Shown here one piece after another: positions 9,625 through 20,143 of a stretch of 64,000 nucleotides of DNA. Within the stretch, counting starts at the first letter, position 1; every line of letters begins with the position of its first letter. Source of the DNA: Akkermansia muciniphila (GTDB taxonomy: Bacteria; Verrucomicrobiota; Verrucomicrobiia; Limisphaerales; UBA1100); NCBI GenBank assembly GCA_945903605.1, contig CAMDOH010000002.1:16523-80522 (forward strand), in the 5' to 3' direction. The translations under genes were made by a program, and so were the position numbers. The notes under the pieces are model-generated. The model saw only the letters and a list, made by a program, of their open reading frames with translations, searched no databases and was not told where the DNA came from.

Positions 9625-11886
9625 TCAAAACAGATTTGCAGGGTCGATGTCCAACTTCAATTGAACGTCACCTGGTAAATCCAATTCCAAAAGCAGGCTG
9701 GAGAGCTGTCGGCTCAACGGACTCATCTTTGCCGTGCGAAGCATGATTTGGTGCCGGTAAAAAGTCTCCGCCCGGGGCAATGGCGCCGGTGCTGGTCCGG
9801 CAATGATGAGGTCGCCTATCTTTGTGAGCGCCTTCTCCAATTGCTTCCGCAAGTGCTGGGCGGTGAGTGCCACGAGTTCATCGTTGCGCCCGCGCAAAGT
9901 GAATAGCGCCACTCGGCTGGCAGGTGGGTATTTCAACTGCATTCGAAAATCAATTTCCTGATCGTAAAATCCGGCGAAATCGTGTCGGCGGGCAAACTGG
10001 ATTGCCGGATGAAACGGCGTGAATGTTTGCACGATCACTTCGCCCTCGACATCGCCACGGCCTGCACGACCAGCCACTTGCGTGAGCAATTGGAATGTCC
10101 GTTCGCCAGCGCGGAAATCCGCCAGATGCAGCGACTGGTCGGCGTAGATGATTCCGACCAGTGTGACGTTTGGAAAATGAAGACCCTTGGCAATCATCTG
10201 CGTGCCAACAAGAATGTCGATTTTGCCTTTCCGAAAATCTCCGAGGATTGTGCGATAGTCCTCTTTTCGTTTGAGTGTGTCCGAATCCATCCGGGCCAGT
10301 CGCGCTTTCGGGAACAATTTCCCCAGCACGTCCTCGACCCGTTCCGTGCCGAGTCCCGAGTAACGGATGGCGGGATTCGCGCACTTGGGACAGGTCGCTG
10401 GTGCGGGCTGTTGATGTGCGCAGATGTGGCAGCGGATTTGTTGTTCACGACGATGATACGTGAGCGAGAGACTGCAATGCGGGCACTCAGCCACAAATCC
10501 GCATTTGGGACATTGCAACTGCGTGGCAAATCCGCGCCGGTTCAGGAAGAGGATGACCTGCTCGCTGCGTTCGATTCGAAGCGTGATCGCGTCGCGCAGT
10601 CGTTGTGAAAAAAAAGGCGTGCCCTTTTCTTGGCGCGTTTCCTGTCGCATATCGATCACGCGCACCAATGGCATTTTCTTGTCGTCCACTCGCGTGGGCA
10701 TGTCCAGCAGTTGGTATTTGCCGGTTCGAGCGTTGTGATAACTCTCCATCGAAGGCGTGGCAGAGCCGAGCACGACGGGCGCTTTTTCCTGCGTGCCCCG
10801 CCAGACGGCCACATCACGCGCGTGATAGCGCGGCGACTCTTCCTGTTTGTAGGAAGGTTCGTGTTCTTCGTCGACAATGATGATGCCCAGCGGTTCGACA
10901 GGCGAGAAAATCGCCGAACGCGCGCCGATGACAATCCGCGCCCGGCCTCGGCGAATCTTGTGCCATTCATCGTGTCGTTCGCCAGCGGAGAGATGACTGT
11001 GCAGCACGGCTACTTCCGTACGCAGCCTGCCGGTGCTGAATCGCGCCTTGAATCGTTCGACTGTTTGCGGCGTGAGCGAAATCTCCGGCACAAGCACGAT
11101 GGCTCCTTTCCCGAGTTCGAGCGCGTGTGCGATGGCTTGTAGATACACTTCCGTTTTGCCGCTGCCGGTCACGCCGTGGAGTAGAAATGTCCGGTGCGAA
11201 TCTTTGATTCCGCTGCTGGCCGATAGGATGGCGGTGAGTGCGGTTTGCTGTTCAGTGTTTAATTCCAACGGTTGCGTTGGCAGGATTTCTTCGTTGGCGT
11301 ATGGGTCGCGCTCGGAGATTTGCGATGAGATGATGAGTATGCCTTTCCCTTCGAGGCGACGAACGGTCGCAGCAGTCGTCTTGGCGAGCTTGAGAAATTC
11401 CTGAAGTGGCAACTCGCGCCGTTCCAGTAAAAGGGAGTACACGGTTTTCTGGATTGCGGTGAGATTGGGAAGCTCACTGATGTTGGCAGCCAGTCGGACA
11501 AACAAACGTTCGCGCCAGCCGTCTTTTTCGCGCCGCACGGCTTCGGGCAGGACGCTTTTGAGCGCGGTCTCCGGCGCGCAACAATAGTATTCGGCCATCC
11601 AGCGGGACAGCGCGAGTATCTTCGGTGTGACGAACGATTGCGCACCGATCACTTTGGAAATGGGTTTCGGCGCGGGATGAGTGGAGACATCGGCCAATGC
11701 GGTGACACAGCCCAACACTTGTCGCGCCCCAAAGGGAACCTGCACACGCGTGCCGATCTCAATGCGATCAGCCAGCTCCGGTGGGATGAGATAGTCATAC
11801 TCCTTGCGGAGCGCCATCTCCAGTGTGACACGCGCAAACACCGCAACAGCGTCCGATTGGCGGCGGCGCGCGTCCACGGCAAACAA
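9625..11886 (-). CDS. priA: primosomal protein N' (replication restart helicase PriA)
   Basis: 753 aa with Walker A (LLHGVTGSGKTEVY), DEEH, a Cys-rich Zn-binding insert (CPKCGF..CPHCS..L..H......CH.C......CPKC), and GTQMIAKGLHFPNVTLVG. Confidence 0.95.
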   Translation of the reverse strand: MFAVDARRRQSDAVAVFARVTLEMALRKEYDYLIPPELADRIEIGTRVQVPFGARQVLGCVTALADVSTHPAPKPISKVIGAQSFVTPKILALSRWMAEYYCCAPETALKSVLPEAVRREKDGWRERLFVRLAANISELPNLTAIQKTVYSLLLERRELPLQEFLKLAKTTAATVRRLEGKGILIISSQISERDPYANEEILPTQPLELNTEQQTALTAILSASSGIKDSHRTFLLHGVTGSGKTEVYLQAIAHALELGKGAIVLVPEISLTPQTVERFKARFSTGRLRTEVAVLHSHLSAGERHDEWHKIRRGRARIVIGARSAIFSPVEPLGIIIVDEEHEPSYKQEESPRYHARDVAVWRGTQEKAPVVLGSATPSMESYHNARTGKYQLLDMPTRVDDKKMPLVRVIDMRQETRQEKGTPFFSQRLRDAITLRIERSEQVILFLNRRGFATQLQCPKCGFVAECPHCSLSLTYHRREQQIRCHICAHQQPAPATCPKCANPAIRYSGLGTERVEDVLGKLFPKARLARMDSDTLKRKEDYRTILGDFRKGKIDILVGTQMIAKGLHFPNVTLVGIIYADQSLHLADFRAGERTFQLLTQVAGRAGRGDVEGEVIVQTFTPFHPAIQFARRHDFAGFYDQEIDFRMQLKYPPASRVALFTLRGRNDELVALTAQHLRKQLEKALTKIGDLIIAGPAPAPLPRAETFYRHQIMLRTAKMSPLSRQLSSLLLELDLPGDVQLKLDIDPANLF

Positions 11887-11939
11887 TTAACAGCAACAAA
11901 TCTCGACTGCGCTGCCAACGCAATTTACAAACCTCACTC

Positions 11940-12503
11940 ATGCGCGGTCGCTGGCTTTGGATTGCAGTGGTGGTGATCATCACGGATGTCATCGCCGGAA
12001 TTTGGTGGGTTAGGCATTGGCAACAGGCGCGTCATGACGAAGTGATTCTGGCGGCGGCGAAACGATACAATGTTGAGCCTGCATTGGTGAAGGCGGTCGT
12101 GTGGCGGGAGAGCAGTTTCAAGGCTGGAGTCCGCGGCAAAGCGGGCGAGTTGGGTTTGATGCAAATTCGAGAACCCGCCGCGCGAGAATGGGCCGAAGCA
12201 GAAAAGATCGTTGGGTTTTCTTTCGATCACTTGCTGAACGCGGGCACGAACACATCGGCGGGCACTTGGTATCTGGCAAAATTGTCGCGGCGATATTCTC
12301 ACACGGACAATCCTGCGGCATACGCATTGGCTGATTACAACGCCGGCCGGTCACATGTGCTGCAATGGAACAAAGACAGCGCGGCAACCAACAGCAGTGC
12401 CTTCATGGCGGGGATGACTTTTCCGGGCACGAAACGCTATGTGCTGGCGGTGCAGCAGCGCAGGGATTTTTATCGCGCCCAAAAATTCGGGCAGACTCAC
12501 TGA
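11940..12503 (+). CDS. membrane-anchored lytic transglycosylase (SLT domain)
   Basis: 187 aa with an N-terminal TM segment (WLWIAVVVIITDVIAGIWWV) and SLT motifs (ESSF, GELGLMQI, GTWYL, YNAG). Confidence 0.85.
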   Translation: MRGRWLWIAVVVIITDVIAGIWWVRHWQQARHDEVILAAAKRYNVEPALVKAVVWRESSFKAGVRGKAGELGLMQIREPAAREWAEAEKIVGFSFDHLLNAGTNTSAGTWYLAKLSRRYSHTDNPAAYALADYNAGRSHVLQWNKDSAATNSSAFMAGMTFPGTKRYVLAVQQRRDFYRAQKFGQTH

Positions 12504-13195
12504 GCTGCGTTCAAACTTCTTTCCAATTCCTGCCGGATCAATTCCCGCTGTTCATCCGTGGCGTCGCGCGAGACGCGGATAGGTTCGCCAACGGTGACAA
12601 TGCACTTGCCGAAGGGAAGGGGAATTTGGAATCGATCCCAACTGCGAAGTTCAAACTTCCACGGAAGTGAGACGGCGAGAGGCACGATGGCCAGTCCGGT
12701 GACTTGCGCGAGAACGATGGTTCCCGCCCGCGCTTGGTACCGCGGCCCGCGCGGGCCATCCGGCGTGATGGCTAGATCCAGGCCGCGATGTGCCCAAGTT
12801 GTCAGCTCGAGAAATGCCTGCGCGCCACGCCGACTTGAGGAGCCACGCACCGGTTGTCCGCCGGATAATTCGATGATGCGTGAGAGAAAGGTTCCGTCAC
12901 GACTGGCACTCACGAGTGCGGCCATTCGCCGGTCCGAACGTGTGGCTTGAATTACTTTGGCGTAAATCGAGATCGAGAGCGCGAGGCGATTGTGCCAGAT
13001 AGCAATGATGGCAGGGGTGGCCGTGCTGTTGCGCAGGTAACCGGATGGATCGCGCGTCTCAAACCGGATGGTGGCGGCGATGAGTTTGGTGAGAATATGA
13101 ACGAGTCGGGCAATGATGCGTGCCCGCCATTTCAATGGCTTCGGCGTGATGGCGCCATGAGCAATTGCGTTTGTCGTGTTGCCGGGTTCCATCAC
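12497..13195 (-). CDS. DUF374-type lysophospholipid acyltransferase-family protein
   Basis: 232 aa with IWHNRL...ALVSASRDG..LSRIIE..GG.PVRGSSSRRG..A......ITPDGPRGP, the DUF374 pattern. Its start overlaps the ruvA stop (GTGA or TGATG). Confidence 0.8.
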   Translation of the reverse strand: MMEPGNTTNAIAHGAITPKPLKWRARIIARLVHILTKLIAATIRFETRDPSGYLRNSTATPAIIAIWHNRLALSISIYAKVIQATRSDRRMAALVSASRDGTFLSRIIELSGGQPVRGSSSRRGAQAFLELTTWAHRGLDLAITPDGPRGPRYQARAGTIVLAQVTGLAIVPLAVSLPWKFELRSWDRFQIPLPFGKCIVTVGEPIRVSRDATDEQRELIRQELERSLNAAQ

Positions 13196-13797
13196 GAAGC
13201 TTTTTTCAGCGCAGCACGGACAAGCTGATCGACTCCGGCTTTCGGTCCGAGCACGGCGATGGCGGCTCGGATCGTGTCGTGCGCATCGTTGAACTTGTAC
13301 CCCAAGGCGACCAGCGCGGCTGTGGCGTCGTTCAACTTCGATTCATCGGCGTCGAGCGGCTGGGCGGCTGTTCCCATTGTCGGTGTGGCAATCATCCCCA
13401 TCTTGTCTTTCAGCTCGACGACAATTCGCTCGGCAGTTTTTTTCCCGACACCAGATATCTGCGAAAGGGATCTCACGTCGCCGCTGGCCACTGCCAGTCG
13501 GAATGCGGAAACAGAAATGCCGCTGAGCGCGTTCAAAGCTGTCTTTGGGCCGATGCCGCTGACGTTGTTGATGAGCAGGCGAAAGAGATCGCGCTCGGCC
13601 GCCGTCATGAATCCGAAGAGGACATGCGCATCTTCGCGCACGACCAAGTGAGTGAGCAGCTTCACTTCAGAACCGGGCGCCGGCAGTTTATCGAACGAGG
13701 AAAGTGGCAAGAGCACTTCGTAACCGACGCCGCCGACATCTACCGTGACTTGTGTCGGGAGCACATCGGTCAATTTGCCATGCAGGAAAGTGATCAT
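13192..13797 (-). CDS. ruvA: Holliday junction branch-migration complex subunit RuvA
   Basis: 201 aa with MITFLHGKL......V.VDVGGVGYEV..P.S.F, the HhH region (LI.V.GIGPKTAL..LS) and a C-terminal domain III. Confidence 0.95.
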   Translation of the reverse strand: MITFLHGKLTDVLPTQVTVDVGGVGYEVLLPLSSFDKLPAPGSEVKLLTHLVVREDAHVLFGFMTAAERDLFRLLINNVSGIGPKTALNALSGISVSAFRLAVASGDVRSLSQISGVGKKTAERIVVELKDKMGMIATPTMGTAAQPLDADESKLNDATAALVALGYKFNDAHDTIRAAIAVLGPKAGVDQLVRAALKKAS

Positions 13798-13834
13798 CTC
13801 CGTCTGAGAAACTAGCGGCGTGTGAACTGCATAA

Positions 13835-14431
13835 TCAAATCCTTTTCTGTTTGATCAGCGTTTGCCTGCTCTGTTCATGAGCAAAGGCGAGGGCGATGGC
13901 GAGGGCGTCTGCGGCGTCCGGCTCTGGCAATTCAGCGAGGCCGAGCATCCGTTGCACCATCTTTGCGACGGCGGATTTCTGTGCGCCACCATATCCGACG
14001 ATGGCTTGTTTCACTTTGCGCGGGGCGATCTCAAAGAGGTTGATTCCTGTCGTGGCGACTGCGGCAATCGCGGCGCCACGCGCTTCGCCCATAATCAAAG
14101 CGGTCTTCATGTTTTGAGCGAAAAACAAACCTTCGATGGCACAGACTGTCGGCGAGTATGTTTGTGTCAGTGCGCGCAACTTTTCTGAAATAGTCCCGAG
14201 GCAGCGCGAACGAATCCAACTGGCAGGGCAATGGATGGTGCCGTGCGCGAGTGTGGTTGGCATGGGCCGAGTGGTGCGAATGATTCCGTAACCAGTTCCG
14301 CGAAGAGACGGGTCGATGCCCAAAATCGTGATGGTATCAGCCGGAGTATGGCTGGGAAGAATCACGGGAACAGGCTGACGTTTGGTCAGGCGATGTGATA
14401 ACTGGGCAAATTGTTGCGGCGTGATCCCCAC
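13835..14431 (-). CDS. ruvC: crossover junction endodeoxyribonuclease RuvC
   Basis: It has ILGIDPSLRGTGYGII and the C-terminal acidic catalytic context (..PEPDAADALAIALA). An N-terminal extension of about 35 aa suggests the true start may be further downstream. Confidence 0.9.
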   Translation of the reverse strand: MGITPQQFAQLSHRLTKRQPVPVILPSHTPADTITILGIDPSLRGTGYGIIRTTRPMPTTLAHGTIHCPASWIRSRCLGTISEKLRALTQTYSPTVCAIEGLFFAQNMKTALIMGEARGAAIAAVATTGINLFEIAPRKVKQAIVGYGGAQKSAVAKMVQRMLGLAELPEPDAADALAIALAFAHEQSRQTLIKQKRI

Positions 14432-14483
14432 ACCGCTGATTGAAGCGTTGCCGGCGACTGCATCAAGGGAATTCGATTATGAC

Positions 14484-16646
14484 TTAGCGTTTGCGGATGA
14501 ATTGCGCTCCGTCCACGACCACGTGGCCATCGGTGCCTTTGTTCGAGACGGTCACGGTGGTCTGTTTGCCAACTGGAAGTTGGAATTTGCCGAGTACAAG
14601 TAGGGGTTGCGTCCGCTCATTCACGGTCACCGTTTTTGTTTCGCCACCGGAAACAAGGATGGTCACGGGGACGTTGCTGGCGCGATTCGGGTTCGGAGTG
14701 CTGAGCAAGATGATTTCGTATTCGCCGGCTTCCTTGATGTTGGGCGTGAAGGTGAGCGTCATTGCGCCTTTGTTCAGGTTGCCGTCGTGCAGGTAGCCGG
14801 TGCCGACGCGATAGGCGACGGAGGCGGAGTGCTGCCAGTCGCCGGTCTGCTTCGCGTCGGCGTCGTCGAGGATGATGCCGTCCAATTTCACGTCGAGCTT
14901 GCCGCCGCCTGCGCCCGCCGTTACGGCGCCTTTCCATTCGAGGACTTGTTTGTCGGCGAGTAAGCGCGCGCGGAGTTTTTCATAGTTCACTTTTTGCACG
15001 GGGACGTTGCCGTCAATGGCGAGAGAAGCGGCGGTCGCGGCGCTTTGGCCGAGGATCATGAAGACGGGTTCCATGCGGATGCTGCCGTAGGCGATGTGCG
15101 ACGAACTGAGGCACACGGGCACGAGCAGGTTTTCGCACTGTGCCTGCTTGGGCACGATGGCGCGGTAGGAAACGGGATAGGGTTTCATCGGTGCGACTTG
15201 CACGTCGCCTTCGTTTTCGACGCGGCCGTTTTTCACGATGCGCTGGCAGTTGTGCGAATCCATGTTGTAGGCGGCGAGGCTCACGGGGTCGGTGACGACT
15301 TCCTGTGCGCGGCAATGTCTTTCGGTCATCACGATTTCGCCGACGAGGCGGCGGCCTTCGCGGACATAGAGTTCACGCGGCCATCCAGCGGTGTCGGTGA
15401 ACTCATCCTTCGCGGGCCCCCACGATTGCATCTCGCGGCGCATGTCGTCGGGCACGCGCGGGTCGGTGGCCATGAAGGTGATGAAGCCGCGGATGTAGTC
15501 CTCGTGCTCGCGGCAGATCTGTTCGCGGCGTTCGTAGCTCGCCTCGGGAAAATCCCAGTTCGCGCCGATGAAGTCGGTGGAGAATCCGCCGTTGTTGTTG
15601 ATGTCCGTTTTGTGGTTGGGCATCCAGATGGGGTTCCAGAATTGTGCCAGTCGCGGCTGCTTGTTCGCAGCGACGAGCGCGACGCAGTAGCGACCGAGCA
15701 GCTCGAATTTCGCGGAGTCGTAGTCGGCTGGCGGCGAGACAGGCAGGCGGCCGTTCGCGGCCTTCAGCAGCGCGTCGAACTTCGGCTGCGACATTGTGGC
15801 GGGCTTCGATGCGGACAAACGATTGGTGGGATTGGTTGTGAAACAGAGTCGATAGTTGTAGGTCTGCACACGAGCGTCGCCGTCACCGGGTTTGCCACCA
15901 TCGCCAGATTGGATGAATGGGAGAAGGCCGCTCGCCGGATCGCTGGGTTTCTTGAACGGATCCACTGGCACGGTGAATTGATGATGCGGCGTCTGCGCGC
16001 GGATGCCGTTGAGCGTTTCGCCGTAAACGAGATTGGCCTCACGGCCGACGTGGTAGCTGACGCCTGCCTTCGCGAGCAAGTCGCCCTCGTAGGTGGCGTC
16101 AATGAACATCTTCGCGCGATAAATATTGCCGGACTGAGTGGCGAGTTCAGAGATGCGCGCACCGGATTTCTTCACCGAGGCGAGGCGCTGCTGCGTGTGG
16201 ACGGGGATCTTCGCCTCGCGGAGCATTTCGAGGAACGTGGCCTCGGCGACGTGCGGCTCAAACGTCCACATCGTCGCATCCGCGCCCGCGAGCGAACTTG
16301 CGCCGGCCTGTCCGCCGCGGCGCTTGGCGAAGTAGTCGGGCGCGGTCTCGAGATTCCACGATGAATCCTTCGCGTAGTGCTGCGCAAGGCGGTGATAGAA
16401 TTCTCGCGACACGCCACCGACGGCGGCCTTGTTGCCAATGTCGGTTGCGCCGAGTCCGCCGGTGGTGAGTCCGCCGAGGTACTTCGTCGGCTCGATGAGG
16501 ACGACAGACTTGCCCATGCGCGAGGCCTGCACTGCGGCGGCAATACCGCCGGATGTGCCGCCGAAGACGCAGATGTCAGTTTCGATGACCTGTGCGCCAG
16601 ATGCAGAAAATGTGAGCAGGGCGATAAGTGCGAGATATGGTTTCAT
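14484..16646 (-). CDS. secreted FAD-dependent oxidoreductase (PF12831-like) with a C-terminal beta-sandwich/carbohydrate-binding-like domain
   Basis: It has a signal peptide (MKPYLALIALLTFSASGAQ) and the dinucleotide-binding motif DICVFGGTSGGIAAAVQASRMGKSVVLIE....GG..TGG. A C-terminal region of about 130 aa (GDWQHS...YLHDGN...EYEIILL...VDGAQF) is typical of this PVC-abundant family. The start was chosen at the ATG at 16646; the track ORF begins at 16688. Confidence 0.8.
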   Translation of the reverse strand: MKPYLALIALLTFSASGAQVIETDICVFGGTSGGIAAAVQASRMGKSVVLIEPTKYLGGLTTGGLGATDIGNKAAVGGVSREFYHRLAQHYAKDSSWNLETAPDYFAKRRGGQAGASSLAGADATMWTFEPHVAEATFLEMLREAKIPVHTQQRLASVKKSGARISELATQSGNIYRAKMFIDATYEGDLLAKAGVSYHVGREANLVYGETLNGIRAQTPHHQFTVPVDPFKKPSDPASGLLPFIQSGDGGKPGDGDARVQTYNYRLCFTTNPTNRLSASKPATMSQPKFDALLKAANGRLPVSPPADYDSAKFELLGRYCVALVAANKQPRLAQFWNPIWMPNHKTDINNNGGFSTDFIGANWDFPEASYERREQICREHEDYIRGFITFMATDPRVPDDMRREMQSWGPAKDEFTDTAGWPRELYVREGRRLVGEIVMTERHCRAQEVVTDPVSLAAYNMDSHNCQRIVKNGRVENEGDVQVAPMKPYPVSYRAIVPKQAQCENLLVPVCLSSSHIAYGSIRMEPVFMILGQSAATAASLAIDGNVPVQKVNYEKLRARLLADKQVLEWKGAVTAGAGGGKLDVKLDGIILDDADAKQTGDWQHSASVAYRVGTGYLHDGNLNKGAMTLTFTPNIKEAGEYEIILLSTPNPNRASNVPVTILVSGGETKTVTVNERTQPLLVLGKFQLPVGKQTTVTVSNKGTDGHVVVDGAQFIRKR

Positions 16647-16694
16647 AAGAAAAACGCCGTCCGAATGTGGACGGCGTGTGGTGATCAATTTTGA

Positions 16695-17789
16695 TTATGG
16701 TTTTTTGGACAGGAGCACGTCGATGAGTTTTGGAATGTCCAAAGATGCAGGATGGCCGGCACTGGAAATATTCCCTTCCTGATCGATGATGAAACAAGAG
16801 GGAATGCCGCGAACAGCGTAGGCTTGGGGTGGCTTGGATTTGAATCCGCCATCGCCAGCCCAAGTGTTGTGTGTTTTGTCCCAAGAATTCTTGCCGAGGT
16901 GCGTTGACGCTTTGTCGATGGTGTCATCGATGCTCAATGCCATGAGCACGACTTTGTCACCCCATTCGGGATGTTTCTCTCGAAAGGTTTGCATCTTCGC
17001 CATCGGTGCTTGGCAGGGTCCGCACCAGGAGGCCCAGAAATCGATGACGACGACTTTGCCTTTGAAATCGGAGAGTTTCTGAGTCTTGCCGTCTTTCAGC
17101 ACGATGAAGTCGATGTCCGGAGCCTTGCCGCCGGCTTGAAGCGGAAGGGTGATGGGTTGCGGAGGTCGGGCGGTGGAGATCGCTGCGAGGTTTTTCCCAG
17201 AGGCGTCGCTTACGGAGTAGCTCTTGCCTTCGGCAAGTCCTTTGGCTTCGTATTTACCTTCGGCATCGGTGGTGACTTCAGTGATGGGAAAGTATCCCGC
17301 TGGTGTCACGGCGCGGACTTTCAGTTTGATGCCAGCGGCGGGTTTTTGGAGATGATCCACCACACTGCCTTTGATGCTCGCCTCGCCTTTGAACGGAGTG
17401 ACATCGACTGGAGAATAGGCGATTGAAACTTTCTCGTTACTTTCCGCTGTTTCGATTTTCAGGCGTTCAATCTTCGTGAAGGCGCCTGGACGCGAGGCAT
17501 CTGTCCGGTTCTCTTCTTTGCCTGTGAAGATCAAGATGGCGTAGCTACCTTCTTTGAGGTTTTCGAATTTCTTCACGAACGATTTTTCTTTCGACTGGAA
17601 TTTGATCGCTTCGTCGAGCGTTTTTGCGCCCGGAGGAACAATCATGACATTGACTTCCGTGTAAGGCGCGACGCCCTCTTTGTCGGCGTTGGTGAATTCG
17701 ACGGTGATGGTCGCTGCGCTGAGTGTGCTCAATGTCGCAACGAACGCGGTCGCGAGTGAGGCCAGTGTGAGGCGTGGATGTGTTTTCAT
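16695..17789 (-). CDS. exported TlpA-like thiol-disulfide oxidoreductase with N-terminal Ig/CarboxypepD_reg-like domains
   Basis: 364 aa with a signal peptide. The C-terminal thioredoxin fold carries the active site FWASWCGPCQ and GIPSCFIID. The middle region contains IKGSVVD...TTDAEGKYE. Confidence 0.8.
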   Translation of the reverse strand: MKTHPRLTLASLATAFVATLSTLSAATITVEFTNADKEGVAPYTEVNVMIVPPGAKTLDEAIKFQSKEKSFVKKFENLKEGSYAILIFTGKEENRTDASRPGAFTKIERLKIETAESNEKVSIAYSPVDVTPFKGEASIKGSVVDHLQKPAAGIKLKVRAVTPAGYFPITEVTTDAEGKYEAKGLAEGKSYSVSDASGKNLAAISTARPPQPITLPLQAGGKAPDIDFIVLKDGKTQKLSDFKGKVVVIDFWASWCGPCQAPMAKMQTFREKHPEWGDKVVLMALSIDDTIDKASTHLGKNSWDKTHNTWAGDGGFKSKPPQAYAVRGIPSCFIIDQEGNISSAGHPASLDIPKLIDVLLSKKP

Positions 17790-17962
17790 GTGTATTGAGT
17801 GTGGCTCAGATTGCCCGAATACGGGGGGGCGTCAATGTGGAAAAAGAGATCGGATTCCATGATCCGTTTTGAAATTGTCAAACTGAATTCCGAATCAAGC
17901 CGCGCGATAAAAATATAATTTCCAAAACCTATTTACAGCGATGGGTCGGTTGTTAACATTAA

Positions 17963-18316
<354 letters not shown>

Positions 18317-18371
18317 TTTCACCTCAAACAACGACTTCGATCGAATCACCCAAACGGAATTGAGAGACAGA

Positions 18372-19784
18372 ATGAGCAACGCAAAAAGCGTGGTGAAGTT
18401 GGCGCGCGAACAGGGTGTTCGGATGGTGGACTTGAAGTTTGTGGACACATTCGGGACTTGGCAGCACTTCAGCGTTCCAGTGTCGGAGTTGACGGTGGCG
18501 GTATTTTCAGAGGGGTTTGGTTTTGACGGGTCATCGATCCGCGGTTGGAAGTCGATTGAATCATCGGACATGTTGGCGATACCGGATCCGACGACGGCAT
18601 TTGTGGATCCATTCTGCGCGGTGCCAACACTTTCACTGATTTGCACCATTGCCGAGACGGGGACGCGTGAAGGCTATAATCGGGATCCGCGCGGGATTGC
18701 TCGGCGTGGCGAAGCGTATTTGAATTCGACTGGCTTGGCGGATTCGGCGGTGTTCGGTCCCGAAGCGGAGTTTTTTATTTTTGACGACGTCCGATTTGAT
18801 CACCGGCAGAACGGGACATTTTATAGTGTGAACTCGGAGGAGGCGGCGTGGAATTCGGGCGCAGATGAGTCGCCGAACTTGGCAAATAAAATCCGGTACA
18901 AGGAAGGTTATTTCCCCGTGCCGCCAGTGGACACCCAACAAGATTTGCGCACGGAAATGGTGCTGGTGATGGAGGAGCTGGGCATCAAAATCGAGCGCCA
19001 GCATCACGAAGTGGCGACAGCGGGGCAGGCGGAGATTGATTTCCGTTTTGACACGCTGGTGAAGACTGCCGACACGATGATGCTCTATAAATACATCATC
19101 AAAAACGTCGCCAAAAAACACGGAAAGACGGTGACGTTCATGCCGAAACCGCTGTACGGCGACAATGGATCGGGAATGCACACGCACCAATCGTTGTGGA
19201 AAGGTGGCAAGCCATTGTTCGCGGGCAAGGAATATGCGGGATTGAGCCGGATGGCGCTGCATTACATCGGCGGCATTCTCAAACACGCGAAGGCGCTGTG
19301 CGCGATTTGCAATCCGACAACGAACAGTTACAAGCGGCTCGTGCCGGGATACGAGGCGCCGGTGAATTTGGCGTATTCGGCACGGAACCGATCGGCAGCG
19401 ATTCGTATCCCCACATTTAGCGAGTCGCCAAAATCCAAGCGGATCGAGTATCGTCCGCCGGATCCAGCGGCCAATCCGTATCTTTGCTACACAGCATTGT
19501 TGATGGCGGGACTGGATGGAATCTTGAACAAGATGGATCCGGGCGAACCGATGGACAAAAATCTTTACGATCTGACGCCGGCAGAATTAAAAGAAGTGCC
19601 TCAAGTTCCATCAAGTCTTTCGGCTGCGATGGATGAGTTGGAAAAAGATCACGCCTTCCTGCTCAAGGGCGGTGTGTTCACCAGCGACTTTCTGGAGATG
19701 TGGGTTGAGCACAAACGGAAGGAAGACGATGCCATCCGTTTGCGTCCGCACCCGTACGAATTTCATCTCTACTATGATGTGTAG
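18372..19784 (+). CDS. glnA: glutamine synthetase, type I
   Basis: The start was taken at the ATG at 18372 ([28 protein letters not shown]..), which avoids overlap with glnB. It has GS-I motifs: [58 protein letters not shown], and the adenylylation-loop region (NLYDLTP). Confidence 0.95.
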   Translation: MSNAKSVVKLAREQGVRMVDLKFVDTFGTWQHFSVPVSELTVAVFSEGFGFDGSSIRGWKSIESSDMLAIPDPTTAFVDPFCAVPTLSLICTIAETGTREGYNRDPRGIARRGEAYLNSTGLADSAVFGPEAEFFIFDDVRFDHRQNGTFYSVNSEEAAWNSGADESPNLANKIRYKEGYFPVPPVDTQQDLRTEMVLVMEELGIKIERQHHEVATAGQAEIDFRFDTLVKTADTMMLYKYIIKNVAKKHGKTVTFMPKPLYGDNGSGMHTHQSLWKGGKPLFAGKEYAGLSRMALHYIGGILKHAKALCAICNPTTNSYKRLVPGYEAPVNLAYSARNRSAAIRIPTFSESPKSKRIEYRPPDPAANPYLCYTALLMAGLDGILNKMDPGEPMDKNLYDLTPAELKEVPQVPSSLSAAMDELEKDHAFLLKGGVFTSDFLEMWVEHKRKEDDAIRLRPHPYEFHLYYDV

Positions 19785-20143
19785 AAAAGATGGGCACTTT
19801 GCTTGCGAAGCAGGCGGAGATAACGTTGGCAAGCGCCAAAATAGTGAGTGTGAAAAATGAGTGAACAACTATTAACAGGTTGCTCTAGCTGGATAATTTT
19901 GCAGGACGTAAACCGTCCGAAGTTTTCCGTGAACCTCATGGCAGGAAGTGCTGTCTCGATGTGTCGTGGAATTGAAAACAATCTGTGTTTGAAATGAAAT
20001 AACAGCCTGTCGATTGTGCCGCTGTGCCAGTGATGGCCGGTGGTGCAGACGCTGGGCAGCGGGATTGGTTTGGCGACTGAGTGTTTCAGCCGCCAAATGG
20101 TTCTGTGAATAAATCTGAAACCTGTAAACTGATAGGATAAAGC
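19785..20143. promoter_or_regulatory. glnA-dnaA intergenic region: dnaA promoter and candidate oriC (weak)
   Basis: This 359-nt non-coding spacer is visibly AT-richer than its flanks. It carries same-orientation DnaA-box-like 9-mers: TGTGAATAA (20104-20112; 1 mismatch to TGTGGATAA), GCTGGATAA (19888-19896) and ATAGGATAA (20132-20140), plus ATTGGATAA at 20155-20163 just inside dnaA. There is no perfect box. Confidence 0.3.

Noticed and set aside
14994-16364. A 456-aa ORF antisense to the FAD oxidoreductase gene. Similar cases are 853-1677 (opposite groEL), 27203-28012 (opposite the PQQ dehydrogenase), 13165-13815 (opposite ruvA) and 3947-4594 (opposite xerC/D).
   Set aside because: All are nested opposite genes with strong family signatures, and their translations lack any recognisable features. 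They are typical shadow ORFs of a GC-rich genome.
17801-17815. A sigma-54-like element (TGGCTCAGATTGCC) upstream of glnB.
   Set aside because: The GG-to-GC spacing is 10 nt rather than the 12 nt of the TGGCACG-N4-TTGC consensus. It lies about 165 nt from the glnB start and I see no supporting enhancer sites. It is probably a chance match.
17823-17829. A G7 homopolymer about 35 nt upstream of the TlpA-like gene start, considered as a possible phase-variation tract.
   Set aside because: Seven residues is short for slipped-strand switching. There is no evidence of length variation from a single sequence. The A8/T8 run inside priA (10608-10615) is likewise in frame and unremarkable.
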